Below are positions 56,325 through 64,000 of a stretch of 64,000 nt of DNA, one piece after another (the stretch's first letter is position 1; the number at the start of each line of letters is the position of its first letter). The notes beneath the pieces were generated by a model, which was not told the origin of the DNA, searched no databases, and saw only the letters and a list, made by a program, of their open reading frames with translations. The DNA lies in contig JBHLNF010000015.1 of the NCBI GenBank assembly GCA_048937405.1, positions 661-64,660 on the forward strand, written 5' to 3'. Position numbers and translations under genes: made by a program. Source of the stretch: Promethearchaeota archaeon. GTDB taxonomy: Archaea; Asgardarchaeota; Lokiarchaeia; Sigyniarchaeales; SOKP01.

Positions 56325-57524
56325 TCAGACTTCAACACCTTTCGAATTTAAAATCTCTATCGTATTTTTTTCCAAATTTCGTAAACTTAAATCAGGAATC
56401 TTAATAATAGCACGCCTACCTTTTATTTTTTCACTAATAATTTTGGTAGCAATAATATTTTCTCTTTTAAATTCTTGGAGATAATGCCATAATTGGGAAT
56501 CAGATCTAGGGTTTAACCCGCTATTTTCACATATAATATAATACCTCTTTATGACATCATTAAATGAAATTTCTATTTTATCGCCATTAGATAAAGCTTT
56601 AATAATGGCAAGTAAGAAGATTAATTTTTGTGAATTCATATACTCTATTATATCTAGTGTCGAGAAAGGAAGCAAATCCTGGTTACCAAGCCTAATGCAT
56701 TCAGGATCTATGTATTTTAAGCTCTTGCTCTCAGCTATTTTGCATGATCTCCATAAAATGTTTAAACCATATCTAATATCGCCAGAAGTATACGTGTTTT
56801 CCGATATCATTTTTACAATATTATCAGAAATTACATTTTTTTTAAGACTGATGTCAGCTCTATATTTTAAAATATCAAATATCTGATCTCTAGAATAATT
56901 ATCAAATTTTATAATATTTCTCTGGAGAGTACTAATTGTACTGTTATCTAAATGGTTTAAACATGAAATATCACGGACAATTCCGATAATTGATATCCTT
57001 TGATCGCCTTTCACGTTGTCATCGTTAATTCGGGTCAATGAATAGATTAAATCTTCATTCTTATTTATCAAATAACTTAACTCATCTAAAACAATTAATA
57101 TATGCAAATTATATCGATTTAGAAATTCAATTAAAAAATCTAATAAATCTTGAGGAGAATACCCTCTTTTTGGAAACTTATTGTCAATTAATTGAACTAA
57201 CCTAATCAATACTTTATAGCTTGTTTTTTCTTTTCTACAATTCACATGAATATATTTTACATTTACATCTCTTTTCTTTGAAGCTTTTTCTAATATTTCT
57301 CCAAATAATTTTACAGTTACCGTTTTTCCTATTCCTGTTTTCCCTGTTATTAAAATTTTCCTTGATATTGAACTTGGATTTGTAATTAATCCCAGAAAAA
57401 GTTGAGATAATAATGAGAGCTCTTTATCTCTGTGCGGTAATTTTTCTGGTATATAATTAATATCAAGTTTACTCTCATCCTTGAACAACGATGGTCTTTT
57501 TAATAATTCTTCAAAATATTCCAT
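56325..57524 (-). CDS. Orc1/Cdc6 replication initiator
   Basis: AAA+ Walker A ILITGKTGIGKTV, Walker B ILIVLDELSYL, sensor region, and a C-terminal winged helix. I prefer the ATG at 57524 (MEYFEELLKRPSLF) to the track's TTG at 57539. Confidence 0.9.
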   Translation of the reverse strand: MEYFEELLKRPSLFKDESKLDINYIPEKLPHRDKELSLLSQLFLGLITNPSSISRKILITGKTGIGKTVTVKLFGEILEKASKKRDVNVKYIHVNCRKEKTSYKVLIRLVQLIDNKFPKRGYSPQDLLDFLIEFLNRYNLHILIVLDELSYLINKNEDLIYSLTRINDDNVKGDQRISIIGIVRDISCLNHLDNSTISTLQRNIIKFDNYSRDQIFDILKYRADISLKKNVISDNIVKMISENTYTSGDIRYGLNILWRSCKIAESKSLKYIDPECIRLGNQDLLPFSTLDIIEYMNSQKLIFLLAIIKALSNGDKIEISFNDVIKRYYIICENSGLNPRSDSQLWHYLQEFKRENIIATKIISEKIKGRRAIIKIPDLSLRNLEKNTIEILNSKGVEV

Positions 57525-57795
57525 TGTCTTATCATTCAATCTTTGGGATTTTTTAATGATTTAAGAGAATAATCATTTATAATAAAAGACGGAGTATTAG
57601 TTTTTTAACAAAAATTCTTATTTAAACTTCTATAATACATAGCTGAGTATTTTAACTATCTAGAAAATTTATTTGGAATCTGTCTGAAAACCTATACAAT
57701 AAGAGAACCTTTTCAGAATTTTGTCGATTTTAATAATTTCATTATTTGGAATAATAAAAATCTAATAAACAAATTTTTCCTATTTTTTAAATTAA

Positions 57796-59064
57796 TTAAT
57801 ATTTAATTATTAAGTCAGTTAGTAGTTTGTCAATTCTTTTTTTCTTTTCAGATAGGAAATATGAAATTAGTACCAAGATTACAGCCAAAACAGACACAAA
57901 AGATATAATCCTCATCTGTAACAAATTTTTATTATCAGAATTGAACTCTTGTTTTATCTTAAGATTGAGTGATAATGTTTTATTTTCTAGAGAATCAGTT
58001 CCATTAAAGATAAGGTTGATATTAAAATCTCGACATTCTTGATTATAATTAAATAATTCTTGAGCAATTATTATGGTTAAAATTCCAAACTTATTTGTAT
58101 TATATTCATTAATATAGGTAAGTGTGTCGTTTTTAAAGATTTTTAATTGGATTGAATGATATACAAGCGGTTTAATGGACTGATTCATATTATAGTAATA
58201 TGACAATTTGATCACTAAATCTTCATGTTGTTCTAGAGTATTATTAAAACTAATTATATCTATCATTAGATGATTTTTTTCAACGAATAATCCATAAATA
58301 AATTTTGTATCATTATAAATTCTATTCTCTCTTATAGAAAAGATTAAGTAATTCTGTCCCAATTTTAAATCTGTAATTGAGGATAAACTTAAGCCTATCA
58401 TTCCTGAGGAATTTGTTATATAACTATATTCATGTCTTATAATATCATTGAAAGATATCATAAAATCAATTGTATGATTAATTAAATTAGAATTATCCAC
58501 CAAGACATCTTCATAAAATTTTGCTATAAAGTTTACACATTCACCATATTTTAGATGATCTCTAAACCCTACTAACTGACATAATGGCTCTTTTTTTAAG
58601 ATTCTAACTTTAATTGTTTCTAGAAAGGTACTCACTGTATTTGTAGTATCAATATGAAAATAAAAAAAATATAGTTTAATATAGAGGGTATTAGTATAAT
58701 TTGCAAAATTAATATTTAAATTTTGAATCTCTAAAGTCCAATTTTTTTCAAAAAGACCTATTTCAGCATACTCGGAAGAATTCCAAATTTTAAAATCAGA
58801 ATTATTAAATATTTGCACTTGGATATATGCTAATTCATTGACGGGGTTGTAATCTAGTTCCCAAGATGCGTTAATTTTAATATTTTCATCAATAAAATAT
58901 AATGTTTTATTGGTTTCCAAGAAATGTAAGTCAAAGAAAAAACTATTAACAAAACTAACTATACTCAATAGATCTATAAATATTAATAGTGGAAATATCA
59001 GAAAATATTTTTTTTTCACACTATTTTTCTCTAATCTAATATATAAAAACCTAAATAATTCCAA
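57796..59064 (-). CDS. Membrane-anchored, probably extracellular, protein with many N-x-S/T sequons
   Basis: 422 aa. N-terminal hydrophobic signal/anchor (FLIFPLLIFIDLLSIVSFV). C-terminal TM helix (IISFVSVLAVILVLISYFL) followed by basic residues. Numerous NxS/T sites. Confidence 0.45.
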   Translation of the reverse strand: MELFRFLYIRLEKNSVKKKYFLIFPLLIFIDLLSIVSFVNSFFFDLHFLETNKTLYFIDENIKINASWELDYNPVNELAYIQVQIFNNSDFKIWNSSEYAEIGLFEKNWTLEIQNLNINFANYTNTLYIKLYFFYFHIDTTNTVSTFLETIKVRILKKEPLCQLVGFRDHLKYGECVNFIAKFYEDVLVDNSNLINHTIDFMISFNDIIRHEYSYITNSSGMIGLSLSSITDLKLGQNYLIFSIRENRIYNDTKFIYGLFVEKNHLMIDIISFNNTLEQHEDLVIKLSYYYNMNQSIKPLVYHSIQLKIFKNDTLTYINEYNTNKFGILTIIIAQELFNYNQECRDFNINLIFNGTDSLENKTLSLNLKIKQEFNSDNKNLLQMRIISFVSVLAVILVLISYFLSEKKKRIDKLLTDLIIKY

Positions 59065-59126
59065 AAAAATTTATTTTATTAAATATTTAATTACAAAATA
59101 AGAAAAGAATAAAATCTGTAATTGAA

Positions 59127-59321
59127 ATGGGAAAGGTACGAACAGTTTTAATAAAAAATGTATCAAAGGAATTAATAACAAAATATCCAAATGTATTTAC
59201 TACTAATTTTGAAAAAAATAAAAAACTATTGGATAAGTATCTCGAAATAGATTCAAAGCATTTAAGAAATAGAATCTCTGGATATATTGTAAACTTATTA
59301 AAAATTAGAGAAAAAGATTAG
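59127..59321 (+). CDS. rps17e: Ribosomal protein eS17 (S17e)
   Basis: 64 aa. MGKVRTVLIKNVSKELITKYPNVFTTNFEKNKKLL...SKHLRNRISGYIV. Confidence 0.85.
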   Translation: MGKVRTVLIKNVSKELITKYPNVFTTNFEKNKKLLDKYLEIDSKHLRNRISGYIVNLLKIREKD

Positions 59322-59406
59322 GTAATCTAATATATAATTATTTTAATTTATAACTAATTTGATTAGATCTAAAGAAGGGATAAAAATCAACGAAAATATT
59401 AAAAAA

Positions 59407-59796
59407 ATGGCAGATCTTCTTAGATCAGGTAATACAATGTTGAATATGGCTTGTCCTATTTGTAGTAACCCTATATTTCGAAATAGCAAAGGTTTAACTT
59501 TTTGTCCTACTTGCAATAGAGAAATAATAATCGTTAATGATAAGGATAAGATAGTCCATGAAAAAATCAAGCGAGAAAAAAAAACAAACAACAATGGAAA
59601 ACAAATAGAATTAAACCAAAATAAATATATTGAATTATTAAATTCATTGGAAAATATAATTTATCAAAAAATAAAGATGATTTCTACCAAATTAGAAGAT
59701 GAAACTCACTTACAGGTAATAGAACAATCTACTAAGATTTTATCCAACTTTTTTGACATTCTAGATAGAATCGCTGATCTGAAAAATAAAAAATAA
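59407..59796 (+). CDS. UPF0148 / SSSCA1 (autoantigen p27) family zinc-ribbon protein
   Basis: MADLLRSGNTMLNMACPICSNPIFRNSKGLTFCPTCNREI matches the family opening (..LL..GATML...CP.C..PLF....G...CP.C). I prefer the ATG at 59407 to the track's TTG at 59359. Confidence 0.6.
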   Translation: MADLLRSGNTMLNMACPICSNPIFRNSKGLTFCPTCNREIIIVNDKDKIVHEKIKREKKTNNNGKQIELNQNKYIELLNSLENIIYQKIKMISTKLEDETHLQVIEQSTKILSNFFDILDRIADLKNKK

Positions 59797-59863
59797 ATAT
59801 AATCACATAAACCTAAATCACTTAAACTTCAATTTATAGATTAAAATTGGTTTTTCTGAAAAA

Positions 59864-59975
59864 TGCTTCTGCCGGGATTCGAACCCGGGTTCCGAGGGTG
59901 AGAGCCTCGGATGCTAAATCCTGATCATAGGTTTTTGAAAACTATGTCAGATTGACCGAACTACACTACAGAAGC
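59864..59975 (-). tRNA. tRNA-Glu (CUC), 112 nt, with a 37-nt intron at the D-loop / D-stem junction
   Basis: Minus strand reads GCTTCTG TA GTG TAGTTCGGTCAAT [CTGACATAGTTTTCAAAAACCTATGATCAGGATTTAG] CAT C CGAGG CTCTCAC CCTCG GAAC CCGGG TTCGAAT CCCGG CAGAAGC A. The intron lies at plus-strand 59914..59950 and folds as CTGA-CATAG ... CTATG-A-TCAG. Confidence 0.8.
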
Positions 59976-60145
59976 AGATATTTATTATTAAATACTCTGA
60001 AAGCTAATATTAATAAATCTATATAATTTAAAAAATTTAATATGATCTAAATCCAACTTTTCAAACTATAATGGAATTGGTAATGGATCTAACTCAAGAT
60101 AACCGAAATTACAATTAGAAGATCCAGAAAAATGTTGATTTAAAA

Positions 60146-61168
60146 TTATTTAATGAAAATTGGCTTTAAAAGATTTACATAATGATCTCGTATAGAATAT
60201 TCCGCTATTTTAGTAGCTTCAGAAATAATTTTCTGTGTTAAAATAGCTTTATGATTATACTCTTTTGCCAATAATTTATCTGCGAGATATATTATTGCCC
60301 CCATTAAAATAAAAGGATTTCTACCACCTCTCTTCCACATTGGTAAATCTTTTAATATTTTACGACATTTCATAATTAATTCATTTTGGTATTCGGTTTT
60401 TGACCAAATCACTCCTTTTTTATCAATTCTTTCTTTTAGACATTGATGTTTAGTAACCTCATCAATTAATCTAATGAGATAATCCTCACTCTTGTGTGGT
60501 ATAGAATCATTGTTTAAATAATGTTTATATTTAATACCATCTCTTAGAATCAATCTTGGATTTACTCGATGTCCAAAATTTTGAAATGCTTCAGAAATTT
60601 CATTAATCGTTATAGGTGCATTATGATATTCTTTCCGAGCAGCAAAGAAAATACAAAAAGCAATAAGTGAAATATTATTAACCACTTTTTCTTCATATTT
60701 AACTATTTTTTTATAGTAATAAGCAGCATTATTTCTAATATTTTTATTAACATTAAGATATAGTGAAATTTTATTTAAAATATTAAAAATTCTGTATTCA
60801 GTTTCATGATTTTTAATTCGTAAAAATTGAGCATAATTCTTTTTTAACCTTCTAAATAATTTTTGATCACTAGGAGGTAATAGTTTACCGCTTTTATCTT
60901 TGAGATATTTAGTTTTTTCGTAATCAATAAAAGAACCTAATCCGCCTACGAAATCTGTGCGTTCTCCAAGTGCCACATATTGTTTACTCATAGAATTTTT
61001 ACTTTTTAAATTATGATAAATAAATGAAGATTCTCGATAAAAATTATTAATTACCAATCCACATTCTTTGCAAATTTTTTCAAAGCTATTTAGGATAATT
61101 TTTCCTCCACACTCTGGACAATCATCAGATTCTCTTTGAATATTATCTGTCAAATTAATTTCAAACAC
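60146..61168 (-). CDS. Divergent TFB-like protein, third paralog
   Basis: 340 aa, GTG start. The zinc ribbon CPECGGKIILNSFEKICKECGLVINN is nearly identical in pattern to the TFB at 42332. The remainder is helical with cyclin-like spacing but poorly conserved, and the GVTE..R.RYKEL tail is lacking. Confidence 0.6.
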   Translation of the reverse strand: MFEINLTDNIQRESDDCPECGGKIILNSFEKICKECGLVINNFYRESSFIYHNLKSKNSMSKQYVALGERTDFVGGLGSFIDYEKTKYLKDKSGKLLPPSDQKLFRRLKKNYAQFLRIKNHETEYRIFNILNKISLYLNVNKNIRNNAAYYYKKIVKYEEKVVNNISLIAFCIFFAARKEYHNAPITINEISEAFQNFGHRVNPRLILRDGIKYKHYLNNDSIPHKSEDYLIRLIDEVTKHQCLKERIDKKGVIWSKTEYQNELIMKCRKILKDLPMWKRGGRNPFILMGAIIYLADKLLAKEYNHKAILTQKIISEATKIAEYSIRDHYVNLLKPIFIK

Positions 61169-61405
61169 TTTAAAGCTTTAATTTTAAGTATAAGACTTAT
61201 GGTACCTGTTATTTTAATTTTGTAGAACCACATAATTATGAAAAGACATTCAATTTCTATAAAATGGAAGAATCTTCTATAGAGGAAGAGAGAGGTGATA
61301 AAAAATGAAAAAGTATGAATTTAAAATATCCAATTTAGATTAATAATAATCTATTATGTGAATCTGTAATAATTATGAGGATATTTTCAAATTGGTTAAA
61401 TTAAA

Positions 61406-61645
61406 ATGAGTCAAATTTCAAGAAATATAGAAAAGATAAAAAGTTACCCAATTAGGAATGGTAAGACATTAGAAAATATCATTAGAAGACTGAAACAAAT
61501 CATAGATGGAAAAAGAGAGATTATGTACTCAGATATTATAAATTTAATTATTCGAGAAGGATATCTCGGAGAAGAATATAAACAATTAATAATATGGTGT
61601 AATTATAAAATTAGACTAGGAAATCTCTATGTAGAATTTGGATGA
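61406..61645 (+). CDS. Hypothetical small protein
   Basis: 79 aa, ATG start, no motif. Confidence 0.35.
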   Translation: MSQISRNIEKIKSYPIRNGKTLENIIRRLKQIIDGKREIMYSDIINLIIREGYLGEEYKQLIIWCNYKIRLGNLYVEFG

Positions 61646-61861
61646 ACCCTAAATTGTTTCAATAGAGTTGAGCTTTAACTTTAAATAAATAGTTTAATCA
61701 AAAAGTTAAAATATCACAAAGGAATTATAAATACTAAATTATAATAATACGTATTAATATAATTAAATAAAAATTATTAGAATTATTCATAATTGACAAA
61801 TTATTTGTCACATAAGTTCAAATGTGCGTTTTTTTTTACTTTTAAACTAAATAATTAAGGT

Positions 61862-62557
61862 ATGATTTCAATGGTTCGGTTCACAGCAGATCATAAAGTA
61901 TATATTAAACTTTTATATTGGGGAATGGCAGGTTCAGGAAAAACAACAATAGTAGATACACTTTATAGGTATACAAAAGAAAATGAAATCGATATTGAAC
62001 CTACGGGAAATTTAACAAAAATCTCGATGGCAAGTGGATCAACATTATATTTTGATAGAGGTATTTTTCAATCAACAAAACAAAAGAGTAGAGGTAAGGT
62101 ATTCTATCATGTTTATACTGTTGCCGGTCAAAGAAGATTTTCTCCTTTACGAAAAAAGATATTCAAAGGAACGGATGGAGTTATTTTTACAGTCGATTCA
62201 CAAACTCACTTTTTTGAAGATAATATTGAATCTTTAAAAGAATTGAAAAATGTAACAAGAGGTAAATTAATCACAGAAATTCCACTTATTATAATGCTCA
62301 ATAAACAAGATCTTAAAGAAGTAATCGGAGAAGAAGATTTTAAACAAGTTCTTAAAGATGAAAAATTATGGTATGAGCCTGATCATAAGTTATATATATG
62401 GAATCCAATAATTTATAAAACTTGTGCATTATATGAACAAAGAAAAAATGTGTACCGTAGTTTTTCTGAATGTGCTAGAAGAACAGGATTATATCAAATA
62501 TATGGAGACGGAGAAGCTCCTATTGGAGATAATTTAAAAGAATTTCGTGATATTTAG
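61862..62557 (+). CDS. MglA/Arf-like small GTPase
   Basis: 231 aa. G1 GMAGSGKTT. G3 with Thr in place of Asp, YTVAGQRRF (MglA-like TxxGQ). GTDGVIFTVDSQ. G4 NKQD. Confidence 0.7.
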   Translation: MISMVRFTADHKVYIKLLYWGMAGSGKTTIVDTLYRYTKENEIDIEPTGNLTKISMASGSTLYFDRGIFQSTKQKSRGKVFYHVYTVAGQRRFSPLRKKIFKGTDGVIFTVDSQTHFFEDNIESLKELKNVTRGKLITEIPLIIMLNKQDLKEVIGEEDFKQVLKDEKLWYEPDHKLYIWNPIIYKTCALYEQRKNVYRSFSECARRTGLYQIYGDGEAPIGDNLKEFRDI

Positions 62558-62906
62558 ATTTAAAATATGGAAATAAAATTTTTAAAATTATTGTGAATTT
62601 ACCTTATTTTAATCAATCTATAATTAAATTCCAATTTTTTGAATATCATAGGAGATATAGGTTGTAAACATTCAATGAAAAAAACTAGACAAGGATGATC
62701 TACAGCAAGTAGGAATGATAAGTTATAGTTACTTTGAGAATTATAAAAACCTAAACTCCTCCTAATAAACTCTAGGACTTAAAAAAAATATAAAAATATG
62801 TTTTCATTTTTTTGAAATATATTAAAAAAATTAATGTGAATGAAAAACGGGATTATATAATAATATTGAGCAAAATTTACCAAAACAATTTTCAATATTT
62901 CAACTA

Positions 62907-63038
62907 ATGAGTGTTTTGGGGATAGACGCTGTAGAAGTACGCAAAGTTCGTAACTTGTTAAAACAATTTTATTTACAAGGTTATGTAAAAAGAATATCAA
63001 AAAATATGTACCAAAAAATTGAAAAGAAAAATAGCTAG
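62907..63038 (+). CDS. Short wHTH-like ORF, possibly the 3' part of a frameshifted small regulator
   Basis: My translation gives MSVLGIDAVEVRKVRNLLKQFYLQGYVKRISKNMYQKIEKKNS. The frame is open upstream to 62844 (..NLPKQFSIFQL) without a canonical start. An ATG at 62840 lies in another frame (MKNGII*). Confidence 0.3.
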   Translation: MSVLGIDAVEVRKVRNLLKQFYLQGYVKRISKNMYQKIEKKNS

Positions 63039-63040
63039 TT

Positions 63041-63652
63041 TTAGTTACTTATACAAAGATTAATGCTTAATTGTGGAAAAATAAATTTAATCAATTCACT
63101 GAAAGACTTTAAAACGCCTTGTCCTTTTATAGCTGCTGTAGCCTGAATAGAAATTTTTCTAAACCTATTATATTCTATATATGATAAAAATTTGTTATTC
63201 TCTTGATTTTCATCCATAATTAAATCACTTTTGTTTAATGAAATTACAATGGGGATATTATAAAATTCTGCTCCAAATAATGTTTTTAACTCTTTCCATG
63301 ACCTAATATTGTGCTTTAAAAACTTGATTTGTGAATCAACTACGAAAATTAACCCATCTACACCATTTAAAGTTGCAGGACGAGTGCTTGCATAGAAGTC
63401 TTGACCTGTTGCTGAATAAATTAAGAATTTTATACCCCATTCTGTTCCTTGAAAATGCAATACACCAAAGTCAAAAAACAAGGTACGTCCTACTGTACTA
63501 TCAATTGATTTTACAGAATCTTCTTTTTTAAAATGAGAAAATAGAAATTTTATTGATGTGGTCTTCCCAGACATTGCTGGTCCATAATATACTATTTTAA
63601 CTTGGAAAGTTTTACTATCATAATTTAAAATCATAATATCATCTAACCCCAT
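63041..63652 (-). CDS. MglA/Arf-like small GTPase
   Basis: 203 aa. G1 GPAMSGKTT, switch I T in VGRTLFFDF, G3 variant YSATGQDFY, GVDGLIFVVDSQ, G4 variant NKSD. Confidence 0.7.
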   Translation of the reverse strand: MGLDDIMILNYDSKTFQVKIVYYGPAMSGKTTSIKFLFSHFKKEDSVKSIDSTVGRTLFFDFGVLHFQGTEWGIKFLIYSATGQDFYASTRPATLNGVDGLIFVVDSQIKFLKHNIRSWKELKTLFGAEFYNIPIVISLNKSDLIMDENQENNKFLSYIEYNRFRKISIQATAAIKGQGVLKSFSELIKFIFPQLSINLCISN

Positions 63653-64000
63653 AGTGAGACTATTTTATCGCCAATAAAAGCTTTCTTTCCATCTTCAATT
63701 AAAGATATATAATCTTCTCCCCATTCCTTCTTAATAAACGTAAGTATCCTTTCAATTGGCGCAACCTCATAATCAATAGTTTCAAAAAGAGTTTGACTAC
63801 CAATACAAGTTTGAATTCCAATATCATTCAATAAATTCAATCTTGATAATATAAAAAAAGCACGTTTTGAACCAGAATAAAAATTTTGTATTTCTCTTTT
63901 AAAAATATTCTTTTTTAGTTCATTTTTTTCCTCTTCAAAATCAAGCAGTGTCTTTAAAAGATCACTATCTAGTTGAGAAGTTTTTATTTTATCTGATAGC
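63643..64000 (-). CDS. Partial ORF (C-terminal >=119 codons) overlapping the downstream GTPase gene by 10 nt; candidate GTPase partner
   Basis: I checked that the frame stays open from the TAG at 63643 to the window edge. The track's TTG at 63840 is therefore probably internal. The sequence ends ..KRAFFILSRLNLLNDIGIQTCIGSQTLFETIDYEVAPIERILTFIKKEWGEDYISLIEDGKKAFIGDKIVSLWG. No family assigned. Confidence 0.45.
   Translation of the reverse strand, partial: LSDKIKTSQLDSDLLKTLLDFEEEKNELKKNIFKREIQNFYSGSKRAFFILSRLNLLNDIGIQTCIGSQTLFETIDYEVAPIERILTFIKKEWGEDYISLIEDGKKAFIGDKIVSLWG

Noticed and set aside
57540-57795. Replication origin with ORB elements next to orc1/cdc6
   Set aside because: The position is suggestive. 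However, I could only find a weak 8-nt inverted repeat (TCTGAAAA ... TTTTCAGA) and generic AT-richness. There are no convincing repeated ORB or mini-ORB boxes. It needs genome-wide skew or marker-frequency data.

Overview
This is a very AT-rich, densely coding archaeal chromosomal segment. Hand counts give about 20% G+C in ORFan genes and 40-45% in the most conserved genes.

The archaeal core includes:
- three TFB paralogs, RpoP and Orc1/Cdc6
- RPA, ABCE1, aSUI1 and class I LysRS
- ArcTGT and Trm5
- ribosomal proteins uL3, uL4, uL23, eL15 and eS17
- UMP kinase, ProC and an FtsZ fragment

Several eukaryote-signature-like genes point to an Asgard (Lokiarchaeia-like) genome. This is an inference from gene content; no search was possible. 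They are:
- a profilin-like protein
- a Rab/Ras-like small GTPase
- two MglA/Arf-like GTPases, one translationally coupled to a partner ORF
- a RING-H2-like zinc finger protein
- a V4R (TRAPP/Bet3-like) protein
- a PAC2 proteasome-chaperone-like protein
- a WD40 protein with a TIR-like C-terminus

I found five tRNA genes by eye. Three (Leu, Asn, Glu) are interrupted by introns at non-canonical positions in the D-loop or T-loop.

Best candidates for something undescribed:
- a co-oriented pair next to tRNA-Asn: a HerA/FtsK-like ATPase and an internally duplicated protein with four HNH fingers and a wHTH
- the WD40-TIR fusion
- profilin with a roughly 90-aa low-complexity and helical C-terminal extension
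- aSUI1, whose conserved N-terminal zinc knuckle has no ATG, GTG or TTG start upstream (apparent AUU/AUA start)
- a 1203-aa ORFan

I recognised no rRNA, CRISPR array, transposase or integrase. Many track ORFs are antisense shadows of real genes in this AT-rich DNA.
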